This document shows, in pieces, positions 1 through 8,072 of a DNA stretch of 20,000 nucleotides. Position 1 is the stretch's first letter; each line of letters opens with the position of its first letter. The DNA comes from an uncultured virus (IMG/VR IMGVR_UViG_3300015608_004663) (taxonomy: Duplodnaviria; Heunggongvirae; Uroviricota; Caudoviricetes), in the IMG/VR virus record IMGVR_UViG_3300015608_004663; one strand, given 5' to 3'. The position numbers were made by a program, and so were the translations under genes. The notes under the pieces are model-generated. The model saw only the letters and a list, made by a program, of their open reading frames with translations, was not told the DNA's origin and ran no database searches.

Positions 1-554
1 TCTTTAGATCCGTCATTGTTAACTGAAGATGTTACAGTTGGCATGCCGACAGCGCCAAGAAACATTATGATAAAGGGCGCTAGCAACGCTAGCATGATCA
101 GCGTCGATCCGCGGCCGACGAATTTGATTCCAAACATGCACGCGACCGCGCAGACAGCGATCATGATCGATCCAGCAAACCACGCAGGAGAGAAAAGATT
201 CATGTCTGCACTCAGCGCTGGAAATATCTTGGCAAGATATGTCACGAACAGCGTTGGGTAGATCGCCATGTCAAAGAAGCTCATAGCCAGCGCAGACCAA
301 GCTAGCATTGAAGCCATGAAAGTTCCATTAGATCTTTTGATCCAATCGTAATATCCGCGGCTGGCAGGGTGGGCTGCTGCCATCTCACCAACAAGCATCG
401 CTATTGGTAGCGCCCACACAAAAGGCACGATCAGTATGACGATCAGAGATAACTTCCAACCAAGAGCTGCGATTGTTTCTTCAAGAGCGTACGGTCCACC
501 AGAAACAATGAAGAATGTAGTTGCTGCTAGTGATAGCGGTGTTAACTTGTTCAT
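1..554 (-). CDS. APC-superfamily amino acid/polyamine permease, 3'-partial (runs off the left edge; absent from ORF track)
   Basis: Manual translation from ATG at 554: MNKLTPLSLAATTFFIVSGGPYALEETIAALGWKLSLIVILIVPFVWALPIAMLVGEMAAAHPASRGYYDWIKRSNGTFMASMLAWSALAMSFFDMAIYPTLFVTYLAKIFP... It is open to position 1 with multiple TM segments. The SGGP, 'E..P...GYY.W' and 'D.A.YP.LF..YL' motifs match PUT/RMV1-like APC transporters. GGAG upstream. Confidence 0.88.
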   Translation of the reverse strand, partial: MNKLTPLSLAATTFFIVSGGPYALEETIAALGWKLSLIVILIVPFVWALPIAMLVGEMAAAHPASRGYYDWIKRSNGTFMASMLAWSALAMSFFDMAIYPTLFVTYLAKIFPALSADMNLFSPAWFAGSIMIAVCAVACMFGIKFVGRGSTLIMLALLAPFIIMFLGAVGMPTVTSSVNNDGSK

Positions 555-710
555 CGCGCGACGCTCCAGTAGATCTAGTGATCTGAGTGATTCACATCTT
601 AGATTGATCGAGATGAGTGCTAAGAATCATCTGCAGCTAAGATCGCTAGCTAGCTTAGAGCCGCAGGTGTCTGCGCGGGCAAGCTTTAGCGGTGCAAGAT
701 CTGCAAATAT

Positions 711-1391
711 TTAAGCGTATCGCAAGAAGAAATCATTTGTTTCTGAAGCAGAAACTTGCTCAAGAACGCACAAAACATCTTCAAACGAATCAAGATCAAC
801 TGATTCATTGTGAATCATACCTGACTCAAAATCAGGCTCTTTCGCAGTCAACCTCCATAGCAGCGTTGGTGAATCGCGAGTCTGACCGATCTGCTCAACG
901 ATAACGCAAGTATCACCAATTGATACGTGAGATTCGTGCTGCAAGCACATGTTCAGATCACCAACTCTAACTGCTTTGCCAGCGTCAGCGCTCTCTTCTG
1001 GCACGCGCACCGTGTACATCTCTAATCGAGATCTTGTCATGCTATCAATGATAGCATTTGGGCGCCACTCAACAAGATCTCGCACGATCTGCATCGCTGC
1101 AGACGTTCCCACCATCTCAACTGAGAGAAGCGGCCGATCACAAAAAGATGCAGCGATTGAAAATCCTCGCACAAACTCACCGCGATCATTCTTGCCCAGA
1201 ACAGAAAAAATGTAAATCAAGTCAAGCGCTGATTGCTGCTTTGGCTTCAGAACAACAACGGGTACTGATCCGCTCTCTAAAGATAGAAGCTCCACATCAA
1301 GATCTGAGCGAAGATTTCTTGCACACGTAGCAATGATTGACAGAGTTTCTTGTGGGTCAGCCACTGGCATGCGTAATTCTAGCGTTTGCAT
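711..1391 (-). CDS. hypothetical protein (226 aa)
   Basis: Long ORF with GAGG RBS, co-oriented with neighbours; no motif recognised. Confidence 0.7.
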   Translation of the reverse strand: MQTLELRMPVADPQETLSIIATCARNLRSDLDVELLSLESGSVPVVVLKPKQQSALDLIYIFSVLGKNDRGEFVRGFSIAASFCDRPLLSVEMVGTSAAMQIVRDLVEWRPNAIIDSMTRSRLEMYTVRVPEESADAGKAVRVGDLNMCLQHESHVSIGDTCVIVEQIGQTRDSPTLLWRLTAKEPDFESGMIHNESVDLDSFEDVLCVLEQVSASETNDFFLRYA

Positions 1392-1431
1392 CTATTTCCT
1401 CTAACACTCACGATGAGTGATTTCATCGTGT

Positions 1432-2376
1432 TCAGCACTTGCAAATCTGCACTTCATCACAGAGCGATCTGATCGCTTTCTCTACTGCGCTCTCATACAC
1501 GTCAAACTCAGCAGATCTTGGCAAATCTCCAGTTTCTACTAGCTGCTCGATCTGATTCTTGACGGTTCCAATATCTCGACCAGATAGATTCCATTTATCT
1601 ATCAACCAATTACCGAATCCTTTCTTGAGGAGAGGTGGCATCGCGTCTTCTGCAATGACGCGCTCCATCTTCGCAAGAAGAGCGTCTGCATTTTTGTGCG
1701 CAGCGCGAATCTTAGCTGGATTTCTTGTAGTGAGATCTGATCTTGATAGAATCATCAGATCTGATGCGCGAGGACCACATTCTTTAACGAATCGTCTCAC
1801 AGCGCTGTCTGACCACTCACTGGAGTGCTCTGCTGGGCGCAAGTGGTGAGCAACTAGCCAAGAGACATCATCAATGAGACTCTGCGAGACCTTTGCATCG
1901 CGCAAGACAGCCTCAGTTATGCGAGCTCCGACTATTGGATGATTGTAAAACGTTGGTCCTTTTCCCTCAATGAGCTTGAAGGTGTCTGGCTTGCCAATAT
2001 CGTGAAGCAGTGCTGCTAGACGCAAATTAAGTGAATTTGGCACGCCTGCGATAACAGCAAGCGTGTGCTCCCACACGTCTTTGTGGCGCCTGTTTGGTTC
2101 TTGCGATAGCTTGATCAGACTATCTATTGTGGGAATGATCAGCGATAGTCCTCCGCAAGCATAGAAGACGCGCAAACCAAGCGCTGGGTTTTTCTCTGTT
2201 AGAAGAACGCAGAGAGCGTCGAGCGCTTCTTTTGTCGTTAGCGACCGCTCGTTTCTGAACGCTGAGCAAGCTCTGATCGATTCAGGCACGCCCGCGCTTG
2301 TTAGCGTCAGTGACGTAGATGCAACCCAGAGCGCTGCAGCGACAGCGTCTTTTTGATTTGATAGTGTGTGCGTCAT
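1432..2376 (-). CDS. HD-domain (HDIG) phosphohydrolase resembling the C-terminal part of CCA-adding enzyme/tRNA nucleotidyltransferase, with no nucleotidyltransferase head
   Basis: Motifs HKDVWEHTL, LRLAALLHDIGKP, FYNHPIVGA, HHLRP, WSDSAVRRF, SRSDLTT, and a C-terminal G..IG tail. No GGxVRD/DxD motif in the N-terminus. Confidence 0.88.
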   Translation of the reverse strand: MTHTLSNQKDAVAAALWVASTSLTLTSAGVPESIRACSAFRNERSLTTKEALDALCVLLTEKNPALGLRVFYACGGLSLIIPTIDSLIKLSQEPNRRHKDVWEHTLAVIAGVPNSLNLRLAALLHDIGKPDTFKLIEGKGPTFYNHPIVGARITEAVLRDAKVSQSLIDDVSWLVAHHLRPAEHSSEWSDSAVRRFVKECGPRASDLMILSRSDLTTRNPAKIRAAHKNADALLAKMERVIAEDAMPPLLKKGFGNWLIDKWNLSGRDIGTVKNQIEQLVETGDLPRSAEFDVYESAVEKAIRSLCDEVQICKC

Positions 2377-2633
2377 GTCTGTTCGCGCAAAACGGCCCAG
2401 TCTTCTTTAAGAATTTTTGTTTTTTCTTGCAATAGCTTTGCAGTGCCGTCACTGAACATGACAAGCAACAGCATGTTATCGCCTAAGTAGCGCTCACACA
2501 AAGGCGAAATAACAAAAGCTAGCGTGATCACTACGAGTCTTTTCTTTCGCTTGCTAGCTTCAGCTTCTTTTTGCTTACGCCTAGATGGAATGTGACACAA
2601 GCAAGATCCCGGTAATACATCACCTTCTATCAT
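2373..2633 (-). CDS. small hypothetical protein, possible divergent PGDL-family member (MIEGDVLPGSCL...)
   Basis: Stop overlaps the HD gene start (ATGA). Start re-assigned to ATG 2633, 6 nt after a TACAAT -10 box. Confidence 0.6.
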   Translation of the reverse strand: MIEGDVLPGSCLCHIPSRRKQKEAEASKRKKRLVVITLAFVISPLCERYLGDNMLLLVMFSDGTAKLLQEKTKILKEDWAVLREQT

Positions 2634-2639
2634 AGAAGT

Positions 2640-2669
2640 ATTGTACCTTGTGAAGGTGTCGCGTTGCAC
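2640..2669 (-). promoter_or_regulatory. putative promoter GTGCAA-N18-TACAAT, leaderless start
   Basis: Minus strand reads GTGCAA cgcgacaccttcacaagg TACAAT acttct ATG. Same architecture at 7572 and 8073. Confidence 0.55.
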
Positions 2670-3045
2670 TGTTTCGATTTAAAAAATGTTGATCTTGCAA
2701 AAGATTCAAGCGTGAATTTGTGCCTTTGACGCAAACAAAACTGTGCAAAATACGTTAGAATCATGTTTGCGCACAAAGACCAGTGCCGAGTCTGCAGCGT
2801 CAGCGCTCTACAAGATTGTGAGCGCAGCAATTCAAAGTAGGGTCAGCGCGTCAGATTTAATAACACACTGCATGATCGCAGTGCACAGATTTGTGCACTG
2901 GGTTGAACGGTGTAATAATATGAACCATGAAAATCAAACACTTGATTGAAATTATTGATGACGTGTTAACGCTGAAGCGCTTAGTGAAACAATCTACGAT
3001 CTGTGCTTGCTGTTTTCTTGCAGCGCTGTGTATCATTAAAAACAA

Positions 3046-3531
3046 ATGAACATCTTTATTTTAGATGAAGATCCCGCGATCGCAGCGCAATCGCTAGCAG
3101 ATCAGCACATCAACAAAATGATAGTTGAGCACTGCCAGCTGCTTGCAACAGCTCATGACAAAAGCATCTCACCGTACAAGCACACTCACATCAATCATCC
3201 GTGTGCAAAATGGGTAAGAAAATCTTTCGCAAACTATGTTTGGCTCGTTGAGTGCACGGGTGAGCTGCTGTGCGAGCGATCGCACAGGTGGCCAGATCGA
3301 AAAATTCATAAAACTGATGCTGTCTGGAGATGGTATGCTGAAAATGCGCATCTAGCCAACTGTGAAATCATCTACCCGATGACACCGTTCGCTCAGGCGA
3401 TGCCTGACATGTTCAAGGGAGATGATGCAGTCGCTGCTTACAGAGCGTACTACAAAGCAAGAAAGATGCTGCTTAGAAACAAACCAGCTGCTTGGACCAA
3501 CAGAGACAAGCCAGCTTGGTTGCTTACGTGA
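3046..3531 (+). CDS. pyrimidine dimer DNA glycosylase / T4 endonuclease V superfamily protein
   Basis: MNIFILDEDP..AAQSLADQHINKMIVEHCQLL, YKHTHINHPCAKWVR, FAQAMPD, AVAAYRAYY..K and W..R.KPAW are signatures of this family. TTGCTG-N18-TATCAT upstream (3007-3036). Confidence 0.88.
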   Translation: MNIFILDEDPAIAAQSLADQHINKMIVEHCQLLATAHDKSISPYKHTHINHPCAKWVRKSFANYVWLVECTGELLCERSHRWPDRKIHKTDAVWRWYAENAHLANCEIIYPMTPFAQAMPDMFKGDDAVAAYRAYYKARKMLLRNKPAAWTNRDKPAWLLT

Positions 3532-3538
3532 GCTCGCA

Positions 3539-3790
3539 TCACTGAGCGTGCGCCCAGCGCTCGCGCTTCTTTGGCAGATCACCAAAACACATCTTCACAA
3601 GCTTGATTCTAGCGTGAAGAATATCGTACCTGATATCGCGCGTTTCTACGCGACCGTCATAACGCAGCAGCGTTAGCGTTAACGCTTCACAGCGAGCGCT
3701 CTTTCTTGTAACTGCAAGAATCATTGACAAGCAGATGTTGCTAAAATTTGCGTCTATCACGACGCCTGGCATTGTGTATTCAGTTTGCAT
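3539..3790 (-). CDS. hypothetical protein
   Basis: 83-aa ORF convergent with the glycosylase; no motif. Confidence 0.5.
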   Translation of the reverse strand: MQTEYTMPGVVIDANFSNICLSMILAVTRKSARCEALTLTLLRYDGRVETRDIRYDILHARIKLVKMCFGDLPKKRERWAHAQ

Positions 3791-3809
3791 TTTCAGCTTT
3801 CGATAGAAA

Positions 3810-3986
3810 TCACAAAGAGAAGTGAAGCAAGCTTAAAGAGCTTGCTGCTTGATGATCGCTGCAAGCTTTCGACATCTCTATGAGATTTGAGATCTGGTGC
3901 TTGATATCGCTGATAGGCACGCCGCTTCTGACGCTCCATTTTAGCAGCGCGTGTTTAATATCAACAATTGCTTCAACGTCTAGCAT
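3810..3986 (-). CDS. hypothetical protein (MLDVEAIV...)
   Basis: AAGGAG RBS 6 nt before ATG 3986; divergent from rnpB. Confidence 0.55.
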   Translation of the reverse strand: MLDVEAIVDIKHALLKWSVRSGVPISDIKHQISNLIEMSKACSDHQAASSLSLLHFSL

Positions 3987-4021
3987 GAAACGCTCCTTTT
4001 GTTTTAGATCTAAACTTTCTT

Positions 4022-4059
4022 GCAAAAAAGTGCACTTTTTTGCGCGGGCACATTAGATT
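4022..4059 (+). promoter_or_regulatory. putative rnpB promoter within a perfect 22-bp palindrome
   Basis: GCAAAAAAGTGCACTTTTTTGC (4022-4043). GTGCAC(4030-4035)-N18-TAGATT(4054-4059) ends about 7 nt before the P1 helix. Confidence 0.55.
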
Positions 4060-4066
4060 CAATGTA

Positions 4067-4436
4067 ATCGAGCTGCTCAGTCAATCGAGAGTCGCAGAGC
4101 TTGTGCAAAAAAGCAATCAGCTCTGAGGAAAGTCCGAGCTTCACAGAGCGTAGCGCTAGCTAACAGCTAGTCAGAGCAATCTGAAGAACGTGCAACAGAA
4201 AGCAAACAGCCGAAGTCTTCAAGACTGGCAATGGTGAAACGGTGCGGTAAGAGCGCACCATGTCACTGGTGACAGTGACAGTTTGGTAACTCCGCTAGAA
4301 GCAAGATCGCGCAGAGAGTGATGATGCTGCTCGCGTAGCTCTCGGGTAGATCGCTAGAGCGATGCAGTGATGCATCGCCAAGACAAATGACTCTCTAACA
4401 ACAGAACTCGGCTTATGATTGACTGAGCAGCTCGAT
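4067..4436 (+). ncRNA. rnpB: RNase P RNA, bacterial type A
   Basis: Conserved GAGGAAAGTCCGAGC (4125-4139) and ACAGAACTCGGCTTA (4401-4415) form P4 with CCGAG/CTCGG pairing. Perfect 20-bp P1 (4067-4086/4417-4436). P2 GAGAGTC/GACTCTC. Also AACAGAAAGCAAACAGCC, GGTGAAACGGTGCGGTAAGAGCGCACC (P13), P14, the GGTA L15 motif and P18 GCGATGCA-GTGA-TGCATCGC. Confidence 0.97.
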
Positions 4437-4440
4437 CAGA

Positions 4441-5184
4441 TCAGCGAGCAAATGAATTTTTCATGATAGATCTTGAATCCCACCGCGATCCTGGCTGGAA
4501 GCTCTTTGAAACGATCTTGTATCGTGCGATAAGAGCATTTTCTCTGCAGAGCTTGATGTAAGCTCCCTCTCTCTGATCTATTGCAGAGTAAGCTGATTTT
4601 CCCTCTCGGTGTGAGATGACAATAGATTTAAACTGCTCTAAATTTGGGATCGTTTTCGTGCAGAGCAAGCCATGAACCACTGAAAACCCTGATTTTTGCA
4701 GGGCTTCTCTAGCAGAGATAGAATCAATGAAGTGGCGCTCAGACGGGATCCAAACATCATACGCTAAAAACACATCTGGCAGCGCATTGTACTTGATAGA
4801 GTGACAAGCGAACAACCACTCTCCGTACACAACGACTCTTTCTCCTAAAAGCTGAGCGAGTGATTCAAACAGCGCTTTGCGCTGGTACATCCACGTCCAT
4901 AAAGAAGAGAATTGCATCTTTGCAGGCGTCTTAGCGCTGAAGCTCTTTCTCAAGAAGTGATTTCTGTTTCTTGCGATCGGTTGATCTTGCTCATCAAAAG
5001 CTACGCCAAGATTTGCACCGTCAACTTTCTCTTCGATCTGGAGAGAGTCGCAGCTAGAGAGCGCTTGCTTGATCTCATCTTCACTAGCGATCAGATCATC
5101 ACGACTGGTGTTTGCTTCCCATGGAAGGTGCTTAGTGCGCGGGAAATCAAAGATCTCTACTTTTGTCACAGCAGACATGATCAA
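4441..5184 (-). CDS. ATP-dependent RNA ligase (Rnl2/RNA_ligase family, adenylation domain only)
   Basis: FPRTKHLPW, motif I EEKVDGAN, RNRNH, motif III YGEWLFACHSIKY, IIIa FLAYDVW, IV REGAYIK, V RYKIV. Confidence 0.88.
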   Translation of the reverse strand: MIMSAVTKVEIFDFPRTKHLPWEANTSRDDLIASEDEIKQALSSCDSLQIEEKVDGANLGVAFDEQDQPIARNRNHFLRKSFSAKTPAKMQFSSLWTWMYQRKALFESLAQLLGERVVVYGEWLFACHSIKYNALPDVFLAYDVWIPSERHFIDSISAREALQKSGFSVVHGLLCTKTIPNLEQFKSIVISHREGKSAYSAIDQREGAYIKLCRENALIARYKIVSKSFQPGSRWDSRSIMKNSFAR

Positions 5185-5187
5185 ACC

Positions 5188-5277
5188 TCATTTCACACAA
5201 GCTCTCTTGATCATCAGCGCGAGAGCTCGATCGATCGCTTCTTTTATCAGATCTTTCAGATGTTTCGCGCTCAGCAC
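5188..5277 (-). CDS. 29-aa peptide made almost only of the LKxLIKE motif (MLSAKHLKDLIKEAIDRALALMIKRACVK)
   Basis: AAGGAG RBS and GTG start at 5277, TGA at 5188-5190; motif shared with four neighbouring ORFs. Confidence 0.5.
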   Translation of the reverse strand: MLSAKHLKDLIKEAIDRALALMIKRACVK

Positions 5278-5305
5278 AGTGACTCCTTTTTGGCGCTCGC
5301 TCAGA

Positions 5306-5899
5306 TCACTTGAGTCGAATGACTAGCTCTCTGCTCGAAGACGGCGCCCAACCGCTTGTTGACGCTGCCCAGCCTGCGGTCAGCAGCCTTGATGCAAGCT
5401 GAGATGCATCTATAGCGCTCTTCGCTGCTTGAGCGTCTCTACTTGTCCATCTGGTCTTGTCGCGAGCGCTGACGAAGTTGCCAGGGCCGATCTTGATCTC
5501 GCTGCGCCGCCTGCGCAGAAGATCTGCGATCTGCTCGATCGCTCGCTCAGTCGCGCCAGAAGATCTTAACTCAGATTCAACAGTGCTTATCACGCTCTCA
5601 TCTGCGCTGTCGCTCACAACTCTTGATCTGACGCTTGGCAACACGACGCTGTCGCTGGTCGCGATCCACGCCGCGCTCGCTGGATCGAACTTCAGCTCAG
5701 CGGGTGAACCAGGTTCACCCGCGTAGTGCTTACCGCCCTTATCAACTGCGATCACGAAATTTGGGTGCTGCTGCAGCAGCTTCATAGCTGATTTTCTAAG
5801 TGGCGTCACAAGCTTCCCGCTTCTTGGATCCCACAGCTCCAACCGAGACTCGCTGATCACCGTCTCTTTGATCAATTCTCTGATCATTCTTAAGCTCAT
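5306..5899 (-). CDS. hypothetical protein with N-terminal IRELIKE motif; paralogue of 6152-6823
   Basis: SESRLELWDP...P.FVIAVDKGGKHYAGEPGSPAELKFDP aligns with the neighbour; ATACTTA upstream. Confidence 0.75.
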   Translation of the reverse strand: MSLRMIRELIKETVISESRLELWDPRSGKLVTPLRKSAMKLLQQHPNFVIAVDKGGKHYAGEPGSPAELKFDPASAAWIATSDSVVLPSVRSRVVSDSADESVISTVESELRSSGATERAIEQIADLLRRRRSEIKIGPGNFVSARDKTRWTSRDAQAAKSAIDASQLASRLLTAGWAASTSGWAPSSSRELVIRLK

Positions 5900-6151
5900 G
5901 CAAGTTAAGTATAGGCTTCAGATCAAGCGACGCTCTCGACATTTTTGCAGGGCGCTCGCGATCAAAAAGCGCGGCGCCGACCAGTGAAATCATCATTATG
6001 AAAAATCAGAGCAAGCAAAAACATCTAAGTGATCTGTGGGAGCGATCTCGCAATCAAGATCGCAAAGATCTAGAAAAGAGCTGATCGAGCACGGTGCACT
6101 CTGATTCAGATCTTCTCAAATTTATAAGATTCTTATCTGTTACGCGCTAGC

Positions 6152-6823
6152 TCAAGCGAGCCTTAACATAGCAGCTTTCACAGCTGCTCGCTCAGCGCGA
6201 GTGCCGTGATCGATCACGTCTTCTACGCAGCCATTAGCGATCAGATCGTCTGCAGACTGCTCACCTGGATTCAGCTCTGGGATCGAAGCGATCGCTCTCG
6301 CTGCTAGCTGCTTACACTTATAAAAGATCTCAAGTCGCGCGTCTTCTGCTGCTTCTGTCTTCGGTTTTGGACCAAAGAGAGCGATGATGTCAGCTCTTGT
6401 CGGTCGCTCATCGAGCTCCGTCTTATCTGATTCAAGCTGCAGCAGGTGATCGCGAGCTGCCGCAGCTTGCAGCGCTTGCAACTTAGCGCCAGTGATAGCT
6501 CCACGCGGGATGCGCACGTCACTGTATGTGCCATCGATCCACTGTGGTTCTGTGTATCTGCCAGTCGGCCGGCCACCGCCACCAAAGATCGGCTTCGGTC
6601 CCCATTTCAAACAAGCTGGCATGCCAGGGTGCCCAGCGAACCATGCGCCAGAGCTGTCTCTGACAACTGCGAGATCTGGCTCTCTTGTCAGAAGCAACCG
6701 AGCGTGAGCTTCTGACGCGGGACGCTCCTCACTCAGAGTTGGATCAAACACTGTCACGCTCTCTGAGAAGAGGGCTTCAGAGATCAGCTGTCTCAGCAGT
6801 GATGTACTATCTTTTCTTCGCAT
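6152..6823 (-). CDS. hypothetical protein with N-terminal LRQLISE motif; paralogue of 5306-5899
   Basis: SESVTVFDP...PDLAVVRDSSGAWFAGHPGMPACLKWGP; GAGG RBS. Confidence 0.75.
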   Translation of the reverse strand: MRRKDSTSLLRQLISEALFSESVTVFDPTLSEERPASEAHARLLLTREPDLAVVRDSSGAWFAGHPGMPACLKWGPKPIFGGGGRPTGRYTEPQWIDGTYSDVRIPRGAITGAKLQALQAAAARDHLLQLESDKTELDERPTRADIIALFGPKPKTEAAEDARLEIFYKCKQLAARAIASIPELNPGEQSADDLIANGCVEDVIDHGTRAERAAVKAAMLRLA

Positions 6824-6835
6824 CTTTTAACCTCT

Positions 6836-7063
6836 CTATCGCTTCGCTAGCCAGCGAGCGGAGTATCTCGCTGCATCAAGCGCAGCTTTTAAACCTTCAA
6901 CGCCAACTTTGTGAAAATCAAGTGAGTCGCTGTTCTGTGAGCGAAGACTCTTGATACGCAAGTGATGTTTTGCGATCTTTTCAAGAACGTTCAGCGGCGC
7001 GACACTAGTGTCTACTGCTTCTCTGATGATCGTCTTAAGCGAATTTAACGTGTCTGTCTTCAT
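6836..7063 (-). CDS. DUF6900-like protein with N-terminal LKTIIRE extension
   Basis: LEKIAKHHLRIKSLRSQNSDSLDFHKVGVEGLKAALDAA matches my recollection of the DUF6900 consensus (IA..HL.IETLETRNSDSLDFHDV.V...K.AL.AA). Confidence 0.75.
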   Translation of the reverse strand: MKTDTLNSLKTIIREAVDTSVAPLNVLEKIAKHHLRIKSLRSQNSDSLDFHKVGVEGLKAALDAARYSARWLAKR

Positions 7064-7108
7064 ACCGTCTACCGTGCAGAGTAACTATCAGATCTGTTCA
7101 GATCTAGA

Positions 7109-7501
7109 TCACAGATCTAAAACAACGGCTCTCTCACGCCAGTCTCTCGCGCCTGGCATCTCGTGCTCAAACCCAATGCGCTTCAAGACAGAGAACTGCT
7201 CAGCAGTGAGCAGATCAGCGCGCTTGATCTTGATCTGCTCAGCACTGTGCTCTATCGCCCACTGCGTCAGCAGATCGACTGCTTCACTGATGTCAGCTTG
7301 TTCACCGATCATCTCAAGTCGAACGACGATAGAATCATCAGCGCTCTTGTGAAATGCGCACTGAAACGATCTCGCAGCGCCCCACTTGATCTTTGGATAG
7401 TTTGTGCAAGACAGCGCATTGCGACCGTGAATGACAATCTCTGGCGCGCTGTCAATCTCTTCTTGTGCGATCTCTGTGATCAGTCTGTATAAAAGCGTCA
7501 T
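7109..7501 (-). CDS. hypothetical protein with N-terminal LYRLITE motif (weak GNAT-like C-terminus)
   Basis: 130-aa ORF with ATATTTA upstream. 'W A.E.....I.I......VLKRIGF' is loosely GNAT-like. Confidence 0.65.
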   Translation of the reverse strand: MTLLYRLITEIAQEEIDSAPEIVIHGRNALSCTNYPKIKWGAARSFQCAFHKSADDSIVVRLEMIGEQADISEAVDLLTQWAIEHSAEQIKIKRADLLTAEQFSVLKRIGFEHEMPGARDWRERAVVLDL

Positions 7502-7571
7502 GTTTTCAGTTCGCTATCGCGTCTCTCTGACACTCATAAATATCTGTTCGCAGCAGATCTTTGTCTTGACT

Positions 7572-7601
7572 GTGCATCTTATTTCACTGTCGTGATATGA
7601 T
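7572..7601 (+). promoter_or_regulatory. putative promoter GTGCAT-N18-TATGAT (extended -10), ATG 6 nt downstream
   Basis: Lies at a divergent strand switch; same architecture as 2640-2669 and 8073-8101. Confidence 0.55.
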
Positions 7602-7607
7602 CATCAC

Positions 7608-7682
7608 ATGATTGAAGAGCTGCCTGGCGATCTTTGGGTTAGTGACTGAAGACTGATCACCATAAAAGATGGAAACTCTTGA
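7608..7682 (+). pseudogene. PGDL-family remnant (MIEELPGDLWVSD*RLITIKDGNS*)
   Basis: PGDL motif followed by TGA at 7647-7649. Confidence 0.5.
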
Positions 7683-7903
7683 ATAAGATTAAACAAACAA
7701 AGCCTGGTGATCTCTACGCATTCACTGACCAAGATCGCCATGGTTATTGTGGATACGCAGACGCTGTGCTGATCGTGTTTGTTGAAGATAATGATAAGCT
7801 TGCTCTCACCGCCTGCCGTGTTTCTGCCACTCTGACAAACAGTGATATTTACGCGCGAACTTCTTATGGCCTCATTCTCAGAGATCGTGTTAAGCTGATA
7901 TGA
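7679..7903 (+). CDS. small PGDL-motif protein
   Basis: KPGDLYAF followed by hydrophobic beta-strand-like segments. Confidence 0.65.
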   Translation: MNKIKQTKPGDLYAFTDQDRHGYCGYADAVLIVFVEDNDKLALTACRVSATLTNSDIYARTSYGLILRDRVKLI

Positions 7904-8072
7904 CACAGAAGCGACTAGATTCTTAAACTTGTTAAGTTGCAGAGAAATCGCATGCGTCTCTCTGAGAAGAGCGCAACTTTGAAAGAAGCGCACTGTTTTG
8001 AGACTCTTCTGCTCTCTAAGATCTATGATGACATAGGCGCGTTTAAGAACGCGAGCTCTGTCTTCTGATGTT

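Noticed and set aside
16..1849. Plus-strand ORFs 16-261, 436-714, 692-904, 949-1215, 1058-1330 and 1559-1849
   Set aside because: Antisense shadows of better-supported minus-strand genes.
1432..2376. Full CCA-adding enzyme (cca)
   Set aside because: No N-terminal nucleotidyltransferase motifs; only the HD and tail regions are present.
4067..4436. 20-bp inverted repeat as MITE or transposon ends
   Set aside because: Fully explained as the RNase P P1 helix.
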